Shown here piece after piece: positions 1-13,527 of a stretch of 64,000 nt of DNA. The DNA comes from Eledone cirrhosa (lineage: Eukaryota), in contig OZ024742.1 in NCBI GenBank assembly GCA_964016885.1, forward strand, positions 67,394,001 to 67,458,000. The letters run 5' to 3'. The notes under the pieces were generated by a model. The model saw only the letters and a list, made by a program, of their open reading frames with translations. It did no database searches and was not told where the DNA came from. How positions within the stretch are numbered: position 1 is the first letter of the stretch; each line of letters starts with the position of its first letter. A program made the position numbers and the translations under genes.

Positions 1-663
1 ATATATCTATTAATGTAAGCCCGTAAATCGGCAATATAAGCCAGAAAATCTTTTATGTTCCAGTATGGAAAATTGCAAACGATCACCATGTGAAACTTAA
101 AGCCGAAACCGGTCGACTAGTTCAAATATCTTCAGTTACTACGTGTATACATCTAAAAGGGGTACATACAATAATTAACTCTTTACTAATGTTTATAAGT
201 ATATTATTGTTATTTTCTAATTATTTTATTTTATTATGTTTCTTTCATACGATTTTCTTCCCGTTGGTTTTTGTCCCATAATATTTCTGCTCCTATTTCT
301 TTGTTTTCAATTTATTAATTCTTATATATATATTGAAAATATAATAATAGTTCATTGTTTCTGGTGAAAAGAACGTGATGGATCAGGGTTTCAAGACTGG
401 ATATAGGTAGCATAATAACCATCACCTGCTAGTCAATAGATCGATCTACCATAATCAATTCCACCCTCTAAAATGATCATAACACAACGAATTAATGAAG
501 AACCTATCAACGACTTTTGATTTATTTTCACTGTTCAATATTCTACCCCCTCTCTCACACATACAAAAACACACAGACAATCATATATATAATATGGTTC
601 AATAAGCGCGCGCGCGCGCACACACACACTCACACATTATATATATATATATATATATATATA

Positions 664-897
664 CAATCAGTCAACAGGTAATGAGTGTTTAATTATTGTT
701 TGGATGTTTTAAGTACAATTGTATTCTAAACGCTCTCTACAGTATATAAATATTTAAATATCCATCCATCTATATATACATCCCTCTCTCTCTTTCTCTC
801 TCTCTCTCTATATATATATATATCGTTCTTTCTATCTCTCTCTCTCTGTATATATATATATATATATATATATACAGAGAGAGAGAGAGATAGAAAG

Positions 898-992
<95 letters not shown>

Positions 993-1101
993 TATATAGA
1001 TGGATGGATATTTAAATATTTATATACTATAGAGAGCGTTTAGAATAAAATTGTACTTAAAACATCCAAATAATTAAACACTCATTACCTGTTGACTGAT
1101 T
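664..1101. repeat. Fold-back: ~120-bp unique arms plus TC/GA microsatellite arms around a (TA)n centre
   Basis: 664-790 is the reverse complement of ~980-1101; CGTTCTTTCTATCTCTC and GAGAGATAGAAAGAACG flank the central (TA)n. Confidence 0.9.
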
Positions 1102-1283
1102 ACAAATATATATCGGTAGAGAAAATGGGCATGATGTTGAAGTTTGTCATCGCCGAGGGTTTGTAAGTTCAGATAATGGGTGTGGTTTTCATGCTTATTA
1201 GTTGAAGTATGGCGGTGATGTTTATACTGAAATAAAGGATTAATGTTAGTTTGTTTAATGAAAAAATTATATATAATTACATA

Positions 1284-1473
1284 ACTGTTTCTACTTTTGG
1301 CACAAAACCAGCAATTATCCCAGTACATTACTGGTACTTTATTTTATCGACCCCGTAAGGATGAAAGGCAAAGTAAACCTCGGCGGGAATTGAACTTAGA
1401 ATGGCAAGGGCCGTAACTCTATGCGCCAAAGCATGGTGTCTGACCCTCTACCGATACTGCCAATTCACCGCCC
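1284..1473 (-). mobile_element. tRNA-SINE copy
   Basis: Matches 19868-20058 along its length. Confidence 0.88.
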
Positions 1474-1564
1474 TAGGGATAGTGAATTAAGTCAGGTAAA
1501 CAAATTGTATATATATTATATATAATTACATAACAGTACCAATATGTACATGCGTTTGTTTATA

Positions 1565-1628
<64 letters not shown>

Positions 1629-2588
1629 CGTGTGTGTGTGCGTGTGCATGTGTACATTTTAACCTCTGTAGTTCCAAGTACTTTGTGACAAATTATTTCG
1701 ATACTTTAACAGTCAAACATTAGAAATTTACTATAAAAAACAACACCTCCTCAAAACAAGACACAACCCAACATATAAACACATTAACACAACATGTTGA
1801 ATCTGATGTCAAAAATATACACCAAGGTCCCTCCCAATGCTTCACTAATGTCTGGATGCACCAAAAATCAGGAATACAATTTGTTTACCTGACTTAATTC
1901 ACTATCCCTTTAAATATTTCTTGTACAAAGTGAGATACCCACAAAATCCCACACATTATCAGCTTTCTATTCATACATTTACATTATTTTTTCTGACACT
2001 TTTATATAATTTGACGGACCCTCTTTTGATGTATTGAGTGCCTTAGCTGAAATTCTGCCATTTATTTTTCTTAAAATATCTCACAATTATTATATGTATG
2101 AAAATATAAATTTATGTAAACTCACATAAACTCCCATAAACACACGCAAACACAAACAAACAAACACAGACATACATATGTATGTATGTATGTGTGCATG
2201 TATGTGTGTATGTATGTATTTATGTATGTATGTATGTGTTAGTTTATGTTTGTTTCATTGTGTATTTGTATATATCCGTATGTGTACTTATGTGTGAAAT
2301 TCTACATGTGTGCTTTTATATGCGTTTATAAATGAATTTCAAAAACATCAATACTTCATAATGTTTGATAGTTATTGATTTTGTGGCCTGTCTTCATTTA
2401 TTCACGTCGTATTCAATTTAAAAAAAATAAAACAATTTTTTTTTCTTTTTTCAAAAACAGTGATGATTAATAAAGTACGATTTGAAAGATTATTTTGTTG
2501 TTTGTGCCTAAATCAGAAACCATTATTATTTATGATGATGGTGATGACGATAACGTTAATAATAATAAGAAAAGTAATAATAATTGTT

Positions 2589-2625
<37 letters not shown>

Positions 2626-2901
2626 TGGTAGTAGTAGTAGTATTGTTATATTAATATCGTCAGTGGTTTTGGCATTGTTCTTGTTTTATTGTAATTTTTT
2701 TTGCAGTTTTCCATTATATTACACTTCAACCACTTAACAATTTCATTCAATAAATTGGAATTCTCTTTCGACCATTGTATATTTATATGTATATAAAGAT
2801 ACATAACTACAGGCGCCAGTACACAGTCCCATGCACTAACGCATCATTCTTAGTCCCCTTCCCTTTTTCTCTCTTCATCTCCCTATATATGTGAGTATAT
2901 G

Positions 2902-2941
<40 letters not shown>

Positions 2942-4249
2942 CATATATATATATATATATGTGTGTGGGTGTGTGTGTGTGTGTGTGAGTGTGTGTGTGG
3001 ATGTGGATGTGGATGTGTGCGTATATATGTGTGAGTGTGGAAGCACTCACGGGTGTGTGGACAAGTATTTCGAATGTTAATTCTTTTTCACAATACAGCT
3101 ATTGTGTATTGCGCTCTATTCATGACATAGTCAATGTTTCATGTTGCATTAAACTGAATTACTTTCTTATTTCTGGCTAGTTTACTAAGACGTTTTCTTG
3201 TGAAGATCTTCCAAACGTGGGAAAGCTCAAGCCTCATCGATACACATTTATAACCACTGTAGTTAGAAAGCCTGGTGCATTAAATGTGCTTCAGAACTAG
3301 GAGACGTCTGCAACCAATCCACAAAATATCTCCCCTGATGTTGATAAATGGAGAAATACATGTAACAAACGGTTCATGGAAGCTTTAATAGTTATATCTC
3401 GTCTGATGTAATAAGTCTACATTTACGGGATACAGTGAATTATGTATGCATACTGAATAAATCTGAGGAGGAATTATTAAGTAGGTTGGTTAATTACGTG
3501 AGCAGAATTGAGGCTAAATTGATGATGTGTAAAATGAGTCCAAACACCTAGTATGTAGGGCAATTACCGCAAAACCCCCTATCTTTTGACAATATTTGAA
3601 CCATCTAACATCTTTAAGATATCCCGAAACTATTCCTTGGAAAATAGCCAGGTACTGGAACATAATCTGCATTAATGTATCATGATTTAGGGACTTTGAT
3701 GTCACAGAAACAAGGATCTTATGTCTAATTAAAAACACATTTTCCCCCGACGAACATGCAATAAACCGATAGATACACGTATAGATAGTTGTCGATTCCT
3801 GGACAACAGTTCTTTCTAAGATCACCAAAAAATGCAAGGAAAAATAAACAATCACAAAATACAAACTGCTGCATCCACATCACATCTATTCATTTCTTTT
3901 GTCTGCTCTCTCCAATTACAAGAATTGTTTGTGTAGCATTAATGAACAACTTATTCCTGATAATCATAAACTGTGCACCATATTTTGATGACTTTTCAAA
4001 ATCATTTATTCAGTGAGAGTATACAAATATCAACTAGAGTGCTCTACACCATATAGTTCATAGAACAAATGAAAAGCCTGAAGAATATACAAGTACAAAC
4101 CAGGATACTTAATATCATACGATTCATTGAAAACAAGATGATATTTAGAAGATCATAATTTATGAAACATTTCTACCAGTTCATCACGGTGATTCCAACC
4201 CCAAGAAAATGTATCTTCCAATTCTTGAATCTCACGTCGTGTAACTGAT

Positions 4250-4427
4250 AATAATTGTTTCTACTATTGGCAACAGGTAATTACCTTAGTGTATTACTGG
4301 TGCTTTATTTTATCGACCCCGTAAGGATGAAAGACAAAGTTAACCACGGTGGGATTTGAACTCAGATTATAAAGGGTCGTAACTCTATGCTGCAAATCAA
4401 GGTGTCTGACGCTCTACCGATACTGCG
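4250..4427 (-). mobile_element. tRNA-SINE copy
   Basis: Matches 19868-20058, more diverged. Confidence 0.85.
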
Positions 4428-5223
4428 GAGAAAGTTCAACACAGATATCATTACAAAACGAAATATTTCTAAATAACAATAAACTACATGAAAAACTACA
4501 AACTGTTATTAACGTCTACATGTTTGCAGAGAAAATTAAGAACATATACGAACTAAACATTACCACACACTCTATACTCGTGACAGGGAACATCATTAAT
4601 CATAAAAGTATAAAAGTCTGCATTTCATTGAGTGCACCAAACATAGAATCGCTGTTTCCCGACTAGAATTTGAGAATAAAATGGATTGACACATCTCGTG
4701 TACATATTCCATTAACCACAATGAACACTAGTACATCTAACTTCCTCTACATCTCTGGACATTCAATAACTCCAGTTATGCAACCCACGTATTTAATGTT
4801 TGATATATTTCTACATATGTCATTCGCTTTTGAATTAATATTGAGCGCTCAGAATTTATCCTGGAGCGTTCTTTGAGGGTGATATGGTCTGTATCTGTGA
4901 CTTTCTCTGGCACGACGTCTTTACACATTTCTGTAATATAAATATGCTCCTGAATGATTTTTGGTCATGCTTTTATTAGGAAATGGGTTTCTTGGTCACT
5001 ATTTCTAGCTATCCACATACACGTAGACATAACTGAGACTCGGTGGGATCTTTTCTAAACTACATGTGTGTTTCGACCAGTTTCTTAGATTTACATTCTT
5101 CGCATGTCATTCGCTTTTGAATTAGTATTAAGAGCTAAGAATTTATCCTTGAGCTTTCTTTGCTACTGAAATGGCATGTCAGTGACTTTCTCAGGCACAT
5201 CTTTATTTATTTTGGTATAATAC

Positions 5224-5279
<56 letters not shown>

Positions 5280-5412
5280 TAGTTGTGTATACTGGTAGTT
5301 TTGGTGCTTCCATAGGCGGTATGCCAAATTAGCACTCGATAGTCATCAGAGTAGAGTGTAGATATTTTAAAGTAAACGAAAAATCAGTGATGCATCTGGA
5401 CTTAATTTATTT

Positions 5413-5503
5413 CGTGTTACAAATGTTTCGCCGGCATGTAGCTCGAGTCATGGTCCTTGTATGGATCTGGCTGATTCTACCTCTGCGGATTCTTTCAGAC
5501 ACG
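5413..5503 (-). ncRNA. Hammerhead-like motif with long stem II
   Basis: CGUGU-CUGAAAGA-(~60 nt)-GAAA-CAUUUG-UA-ACACG, then AAUAAA; one extra A in the core. Confidence 0.65.
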
Positions 5504-5747
5504 GGTGTTAAGGCCGGAGCAAATTTTATCACTGGGGTGTTATCATAAAAAAACACCCTCAAAAAACCCTATTTCCACTCTTGTCATGCCATTGGCTGTT
5601 TTTACTCCACGTCATCTCAAGTTCTGGTCATTATCTGCTGCCACACGATTCATCAACCATTTTTCCGTCCGACACATTTCAATTGAGGTGTCATGCTGGG
5701 TTCAGTACTTCATACGTCTGCTCACACTTCAGAGTAAGCACCCATAC

Positions 5748-6093
<346 letters not shown>

Positions 6094-6269
6094 TGATGTT
6101 TTCATATGAGTGAAACAGATCCAGTCCTGTAGAAGGGATTTCTACATATAATATAGATGCCTGTACACTACCAACATATTGAGCATCGATGTTATATCTG
6201 CAAATCCATATATATATATGTAAATAAGATAATAAACGTGCTGCGGAGTTGCAAATGGGTTACATATGA

Positions 6270-6890
6270 ATAAAGTGGTCCTTCATCAGTGATCTTCCAA
6301 CCATCATCGGTATTTCTTCGCTTTAAAGACCATATACCTCCGGTTGGTGCGAGCAACGGCTAAAGAAAGTCGTTGGGTCACGTAAATAAAGGTAACAGCG
6401 AGAGTGTAAACAAACAAAGATGGTGAAGCAACGAAAAGTGAGGAAGAACGAGTCAAGTCCCAAATTTCCATGAATATAAGTTCGGTGAAATCGTGAACGT
6501 CTCTCCTCTACGATTTCACAGAACTTATGTTCACCGAATTCACAGACTAGACCCCTTCTTCCGCCCGTTAGACCTGTGCGCAATTCCTTTCTTGCTCACA
6601 TTTCAACTAGGTTTGATGGTCTTTATTCTCTCTCGTTCACGATTTCACCGAACTTATATTCATGGAAATTTGGGACTTGACTCGTTCTTCCTCACTTTTC
6701 GTTGCCTAACCTTCTTTGTTTGTTTACACTCTCATTGTTTCCTTTATTTACGTGTCCCAACGACTTTCTTTAGCCGTTGCTCGCACCAACCGGAGGTATA
6801 TGGTCTTTAAAGCGAAGAAATGCCGATGATGGTTGGAAGATCACTGATGAAGGACCACTTTATTCATATATATATATATATATGGATTTG
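6270..6890. repeat. Fold-back cassette with ~230-bp arms
   Basis: ~6263-6500 is the reverse complement of ~6632-6868; arms end in CTGATGAAGGA..TTATTCATAT next to TA. Confidence 0.9.
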
Positions 6891-7431
6891 AAAGAGTTTA
6901 TTCGGCTATGCCATTATATATTCATCAAAGTTCAGCTAATGAAATAAAACCAGCAGGAGAGTAGGTTTACGACCACCTTCTGAAACACCCTTATCTTACA
7001 ACCTCACCATTTTCTGAGTGTATATACATGTGTGTATGTGTGTGTGTGTACGGGTGTGTTTGTGTGCTTGTGTATATGTATACTTTAATTCCTCCAGACC
7101 TTCACCATCATCAACACTCATTAGCACCACACGCAACACCGCAGGCGCATCCAAATCTCTCTTATATATAGTCACACATTTCAACACAACCTGATCTCAG
7201 TTTGACAATCGCCACAGACAGACGAATGCGAGAAAGTTCTTCAACCCAAGTTAAACAGGAATCTCTAAAATTCTTCCCACCGAAATTAACATAGAACTTA
7301 CTGGATCTACCAACTCATAATACTATAATATTACATTATAACATTAAATCATACATTTTTAAACACTACAAGTGATGTCATTTTTTTCTTTTTTTTCAAA
7401 TATATATATATATATATATTAGTCAATATAT

Positions 7432-7482
7432 TAGTCGAGTGTATACCTCACGTTTCATATAGAAATGGCTTCTACAGGACTA
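7432..7482 (-). ncRNA. Degenerate hammerhead motif within fold-back 7420-7580
   Basis: UAGUC-CUGUAGA-...-GAAA-CGUG..CAC-UC-GACUA. Confidence 0.45.
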
Positions 7483-7658
7483 CAGACATTCGGGAGCATA
7501 TTTATATTACTAAAATGTATAAAGACTATAGAAGGCATTTCTATATTAAACATGAGGTATACACTCGATTAATATATTGAGTACCGTACTAACTCTGGTT
7601 ACTTTCGATTGAGCCCTGGACTCACATGTACACACACAAACACACAGACACACACACA

Positions 7659-7751
<93 letters not shown>

Positions 7752-7754
7752 GAT

Positions 7755-7787
<33 letters not shown>

Positions 7788-7790
<3 letters not shown>

Positions 7791-8105
7791 TAAAATACAA
7801 ATATTAATAAAATAGATGTTCTTGTGATCAATTAAATGTTATTATACATATTTCAGAGATACAACAGTACGTCCTCATCAGATAAAATAAAATGATACAT
7901 GACATACACTGAGATGTTAAATGGTTAAGATTTAATCAAGGTAGTACAACCTTGATTAAATCTTAACCATTTAACATCTCAGGGTATGTCATGTATAATT
8001 TTATTTTATCTGATGAGGACGTACTGTTGTATCTCTGAAATATGTATAATAACATTTATTTGATCACAAGAACCTCTATTTTATTAATATTTGTATTTTA
8101 ATATT
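7788..8105. repeat. Near-perfect ~155-bp-arm hairpin
   Basis: Symmetric about TCAAGGT-AGTACA-ACCTTGA at ~7945. Confidence 0.92.
8002..8055 (+). ncRNA. Hammerhead ribozyme, same family as 28333 (mirror copy on minus strand at ~7836-7889)
   Basis: UAUUUUAU-CUGAUGA-GGACGUAC uguu GUAUCUCU-GAAA-UAUGUA-UA-AUAACAU; stem II decayed. Confidence 0.7.
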
Positions 8106-8201
8106 AATAACTCTGGAAAATAATTTTTTTAATACTGTAGAGTGCTTCCAATCTACTGTAAAACTCATTCTTTGATGAACTCATTGAATCTTGTTTAACT
8201 C

Positions 8202-8245
<44 letters not shown>

Positions 8246-8793
8246 ATGTATATATATATATATATGTATATATTCATGTATACAACGGGGTGGGACGGAA
8301 TATCAAATATTGAATACACACTTCTTTCGTTTCATTTTTAGTTTGTTCCTTTTACTGTTCTTCCTCTCCCATTTACAATTTTATATATAATATTTAATTA
8401 CTGTAAAACTCATCCATCGGAGGTAAAACATGAATAATTAATAGCTGACGGTTCTTTACATTGAAATAAATTCAATGTGTCTTTATATATATATATCATC
8501 ATAGAAAGAGAAGTTACTTTAATAATCTCTGAATGTCGACTTGCTGGTCTATTTAGATGGTTTTATTTGTTGTTGGTTTCTTTTTTTTTAATGTTTATGT
8601 TCATTTCTTAGAAAAATTGCCAGAATTTGAATTAAATGAAAATATATAATTGTATTATTTTTTATATTTCTTTTTCTTCCATTTTTTCTCGCGCAGTCTC
8701 AATTTTTAGCTCTTCTATCTCACCCTCTCCCTATTCCCCCTCTCTCTCTCTCTTTCTCTATCTCTGGGTATATATATATAAATACAGAGAGAG

Positions 8794-8878
<85 letters not shown>

Positions 8879-9195
8879 AAGAGAGAGATATGTATGTGTG
8901 TGTATTTAAAAATGATGAAGTGCTTGTCGAAAATGTAGGGATTTTAACCGAAGAAAATAAACATAACAGTGTTTTGCTGCAAATAATAGTTTAGAAAATG
9001 TAATAAAATACTTGTAAAGACGGAGGGATGCCGTCAACAGCCCCTCTATATAGAATTGAACTTGAATTCCGCCTGAGAGCTCAGAACCATTAAGTTAATC
9101 ATCTGTTCATCATATTCATTCAGAGTGTGATAGCTAGACTGAAGAGTTTGAATGTAAAAAAATGTATCTTCATAAATACATACATTTACATATGG

Positions 9196-9231
<36 letters not shown>

Positions 9232-9261
9232 CCACATATATATATATATATATATATAGCA

Positions 9262-9296
<35 letters not shown>

Positions 9297-9298
9297 CA

Positions 9299-9344
<46 letters not shown>

Positions 9345-9401
9345 TATCCATATGTAAATGTATATATTTATGAAGATAATGTATATATTTTTTTACGGTG
9401 C

Positions 9402-9434
<33 letters not shown>

Positions 9435-9507
9435 CTCTCCTCCTACTCCTCCTAATTTGTCTTCTCCCCGGTTTTGGTACCACAAAATTTATATATATAT
9501 ATATATA

Positions 9508-9759
9508 GATATCTTTTACTCTTTTACTTGTTCCAGTCATCTGGCTGAGACCATGCTGGGGCGCTGCTCTTATTGTTACACGTTCTATCACCAGCCCGTG
9601 TTGGCTGGCAATTGGTGTAAGAGGGCGTTCGTTGCTGCTGCCCTTAGGTTACCTTCGTAACTTTCTGTCGGCTTATCCGGGATATTGGATAGCAGGCTGT
9701 CAAGATGTTTCTTGAAAACATCCACGTCCTTACCATGCAGATCTCTCAAATTTCTTGGT
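9508..9759 (-). mobile_element. 3' end of a CR1-group LINE
   Basis: Minus strand reads PRNLRDLHGKDVDVFKKHLDSLLSNIPDKP...[12 protein letters not shown], followed by a short 3' UTR ending in GTAAAAGA repeats. Confidence 0.7.
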
Positions 9760-9769
9760 GATTAATTTG

Positions 9770-9970
9770 TATTGCAATGTTTTTTATATTAAATCGTGAG
9801 TTGAACAAATAATGTTAAATTTGGGGAGGGTCATATTGTTATAATATTGCCAGAAATAATAACACACACTCACTGTTTGGTTTGGATTGGTTTTCGCTTC
9901 TGTATATCCCTATAGTTATTTTAGCTGGTAATCAATGTTTACCATTCATTAACCAACGTTAAGAATATAG

Positions 9971-10025
<55 letters not shown>

Positions 10026-10670
10026 CTATCAGAGTTCCTTCGTCACACACCTGTGACATCATCAGTGATACTGTTATGTTTCCACCCGTTGTATTGTAAT
10101 GTTTACTTATTCTATTTTCATTTATGTATTTATTTATTGTTGTCTCTGTTTGCGTATGCTTTGGTTTTCTTAGTTGAATTTCAGTTACTTACATAATTTG
10201 TCTACCTCTTGATTCATTTCTATGCTTAGATATTATGTTAATTTCTATATTACCATCTACATTTCTATATTATGTTAATTTCTATATTATGTTGTCTATA
10301 TTACCATCAGCTGGCGTGTTCATATAGTACCGAACCGTCTTTTTGTCCTTTTAGTTCACCCCAGAATTGATCTAGACCCTCCTCTACGCTCCGGGATGTC
10401 TCCCATATATATGTCGTTGTCATGTTTCTGAAAGGGCAGTCTGTATATCGCATACTATAGATTAGATTTTTAGTTTTGTATTATATCTGTGGATTTATTC
10501 TACATATTACACATTTCTTATTAGCAAAGTGGGTTTACTTAAAGGAGAAAAGTTTTGCTGATTAGGGATTTATGGTAGTTCGTGGCTTTTCTACCACTTT
10601 AATCTTTAAATGGGTCTTTATTACGGCATTTCTAACTTGCTTCGCTAATTCACCTCCAGTAATAGAAATA
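9770..10670 (-). mobile_element. Old degenerate copy of the Naiad-like PLE family
   Basis: 9778-9900 resembles 54957-55080 (pLTR carrying the MTLPK start). ~10560-10650 minus reads RNAVIKTHLKIKVVEKPRTTI. HHR at 10027-10070. Confidence 0.75.
10027..10070 (-). ncRNA. Hammerhead ribozyme (Naiad-like family)
   Basis: UAUCA-CUGAUGA-U-GUCACA ggug UGUGAC-GAAG-GAAC-UC-UGAUA; stem I differs from 30596 yet still pairs. Confidence 0.75.
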
Positions 10671-10829
10671 GCCACTCTTTAGCCGTAGCTATTCTTCCCT
10701 TTTACTGGTAGAATAATTGCAGATGAAAGGTAGGTTAGATATGGTGGAATAACTACTGCTGAAGGGAGGCTAGAAAGGGTAGAATTACTACGGCTGAAGG
10801 GAGCCTATAAAGACTAGTATTATTATGGC

Positions 10830-11013
10830 TGTGGCAGTATCGGTAGAGGGTCGGACGCCATGCTTTCCAGCATTGTGTTACGCACCTTGCCATTCTGAGT
10901 TCAAATACCGCCAAGGTTAACTTTGCCTTTCATCCTTACGGGGTCGATAAAATAAAGTACCAGTAATAGACTGGGGTAATAGCTGGACTTGTGCCAAAAG
11001 TAGAAACAATTAT
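10830..11013 (+). mobile_element. tRNA-SINE copy
   Basis: TGGCAGTATCGG...GAGTTCAAATAC...GGGGTCGATAAAATAAAGTACCAG...AGTAGAAACAATTAT. Confidence 0.88.
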
Positions 11014-11205
11014 CACGGCTGAAGAGAGGCCAGAAGAGTGAACGAAAGCTCGAAAGAGAAGGATAACTATATATATATATATATATGTTCATTAAGCAGG
11101 CAGGTAAAAGTCCAGACTAACAAAGCTCACCACATGTCCATTGAAAGGATATTTAAATTGTGCTTCCGTATTGTGCACTTTATAACACACCACTTGATAA
11201 TGTAC

Positions 11206-11260
<55 letters not shown>

Positions 11261-11309
11261 CACATATATATATATTTATATAGAAAAAAAGATGAAATTG
11301 AAAATGCAA

Positions 11310-11860
11310 CTGGAGTCTTATTTTTTTTTAAATATATATATTTATTTGGTTCCTTTACCGGTTTCGCAGTTCTTCTGCTTTTCAAAAGGTGAGTTGAGAT
11401 GGAGGGTCTGTGGTTTTTCTCACATATGGTTGGTCTCAGAATGTTACTTGTTTTATGTGGAAAAAATGGCTCGAAATGCCAGGTTTTTCGAGAAGTAATT
11501 TGATTGGTTGGTCAATAATTATAATAAATTTCGCGCCAGTTCGCGTTACAAAGTTCTTCAAACAAGAGGGGAGAGGGGGTGTCACAGGTTGTTTTTTCAT
11601 ATATGAATGTTTGAATTTCTTTTTACTTAAAAAAAAAGGGGCTCACGAAGGCTTTTTTTTTAATAAACTTAATTTGATTGGTTATAAATGAAATTATGGC
11701 TGTCACCTGAACAAGTTTTCATTAAATTTTCGCGTCCTTATGCGGAAATCTATTCTGTAGCCTTTTTAGAGAATTTTATGACAAGTAAAAGATAATGGTC
11801 AAGAGAAATTGGATCGGAGAATTGTTCTGGTTCAGTGAATATGGTTAATTCGCTGGGGTG
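11310..11860 (-). mobile_element. PLE pLTR/3' UTR inverted relative to the adjacent RT; related to 22390-22900
   Basis: Shares CCAATCAAATT and GTGACAG-ATAATTTCATTTATA blocks with 22430-22800 in opposite orientation; contains an HHR followed by AATAAA. Confidence 0.6.
11352..11389 (-). ncRNA. Degenerate minimal hammerhead ribozyme
   Basis: CCUU-UUGAAAA-GCAG aagaa CUGC-GAAA-CCGG-UA-AAGG, then AAUAAA; stems perfect, core has two substitutions. Confidence 0.68.
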
Positions 11861-12109
11861 TCAGAATTCAGATTTTCTATTGAAGTAAAGAAAGTAAAGA
11901 TGTGTATGCTTATTTGTGTGCTTGTGTTTGTGTGTGTATTGGAAGATGATTCTGTTAGTAGAAATAGGGGAGGGAGTTGTGTGTGTGTGTATATGGGTGA
12001 TATGTGTGTGTGTGTGGGAGTATGTTAAGATGGAGAGAATATATATATTTTGTGTGTGTGTATATGTGTGTAGGAAAGTGATTCTATTAGTAGAAATGGG
12101 GGAGGGAGT

Positions 12110-13362
12110 TTTACGGCTCACAGAGGAATTATTTGACAAGGAGAATAACGACGAATCAATTGTACGGAATAAAAGCAGCTATAACCCAACAAAAGGTAGA
12201 AACAGAGTTCTGGTCAAAATGTGTGACCACATAGCTACTTTCCCATACCATGAACTACAGCAACCTAAACCCAAACCCAACACAAGTCGAAGGGAATGGG
12301 AGATTATCCATGAACTAAAAAACAATTCGGACATTATAATTAAGGAAGCGGACAAGGGAAGTACTGTTGTCATTATGGAGGCTGAAAAATATAAAAATTC
12401 TATGTTCTCTCTCTTACAAAATACTAATTACTATGAAAGAGTAAAAAACTGCCAGCAATCAAAAACAATGACCATATTAAACACACTGATTTATCGATAC
12501 CAGGAAGACCTAACTAAAAAGGAACGCGATTATTTAACACATTTTGAATACAAAACCAGCAACCTTTGCAAAATAATTAACGATGCCTGTAAAAAATCCA
12601 CCTCAGCCTGCGTGAACACACAATACCCCACATACCTTAAATTAAGATCAATTGTAGCGGGCCCACAATGTGAAACATACAGACTGAGCAACTTTATAGA
12701 CATACTACTAAAACCAATTATCAAACACATACCAAGCCTTGTAATAGAGGATCTGGACCTCTTAAACCACCTCCCCAAACATGTCAACAACGACACTATG
12801 ATTGTGTCTTTCGATGAAGTGAATCTCTACACAACGATCCCACACCAATACGGACTAGAAGCAATAGGATTCTGGCTAGAGAAATATCCCAATGAGATAC
12901 CTGACAGAATAGAAAAAAGCTTCATCACCGAGGGATTAAAATTCATCTTACAGAACAATTTTTTTTATTTCGATGGTAGTACTTACAAGCAAATATCGGG
13001 GACTGCGATGGGTACAAAAGCTGCTCCAACTTATGCCAACTTAGTCATGGCATACTTAGAAGTCCAGATATATGAACAGTCCAAATCAAAGTACGGATTG
13101 AACTTCCACAAATATTTATCAGAGAATTGGAAACGCTACTTGGATGATTGTCTCATTCTTTGGTCCCACACACTCAACCAACTGAAGGATTTCAAAAACT
13201 TAATAAACGGCATCAATAACCACATCCAATTCACAATGGAATACAACTAAGATCAACTCCCATTTCTGGACATCTTAATCTTAAAAAAAGACACAAATAT
13301 TGAAACTGACATACACTACAAACCAACAGATTCCAAACAATACTTGCTATTCACCTCCAACC
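12110..13362 (+). pseudogene. Penelope-like RT fragment
   Basis: IIIKEADKGSTVVIM, LRSIVAG, VSFDEVNLYTTIP, GTAMGTKAAPTYANLVM, WKRYLDDC, FTMEYN*, then in frame [16 protein letters not shown]. Ends abruptly in (TA)n. The first ~65 aa of the listed ORF are microsatellite-derived. Confidence 0.92.
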
Positions 13363-13363
13363 A

Positions 13364-13409
<46 letters not shown>

Positions 13410-13417
<8 letters not shown>

Positions 13418-13481
13418 TATGTATACGTACATACATATATGTATACAGACGTACAGTAGTATATATACATTATACATACAT

Positions 13482-13527
<46 letters not shown>

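Noticed and set aside
88-122. GCCGAAACCGGTCGACTAG, the 3' half of a hammerhead
   Set aside because: No CUGANGA or stem I partner is visible within the window; may be truncated by the window edge.
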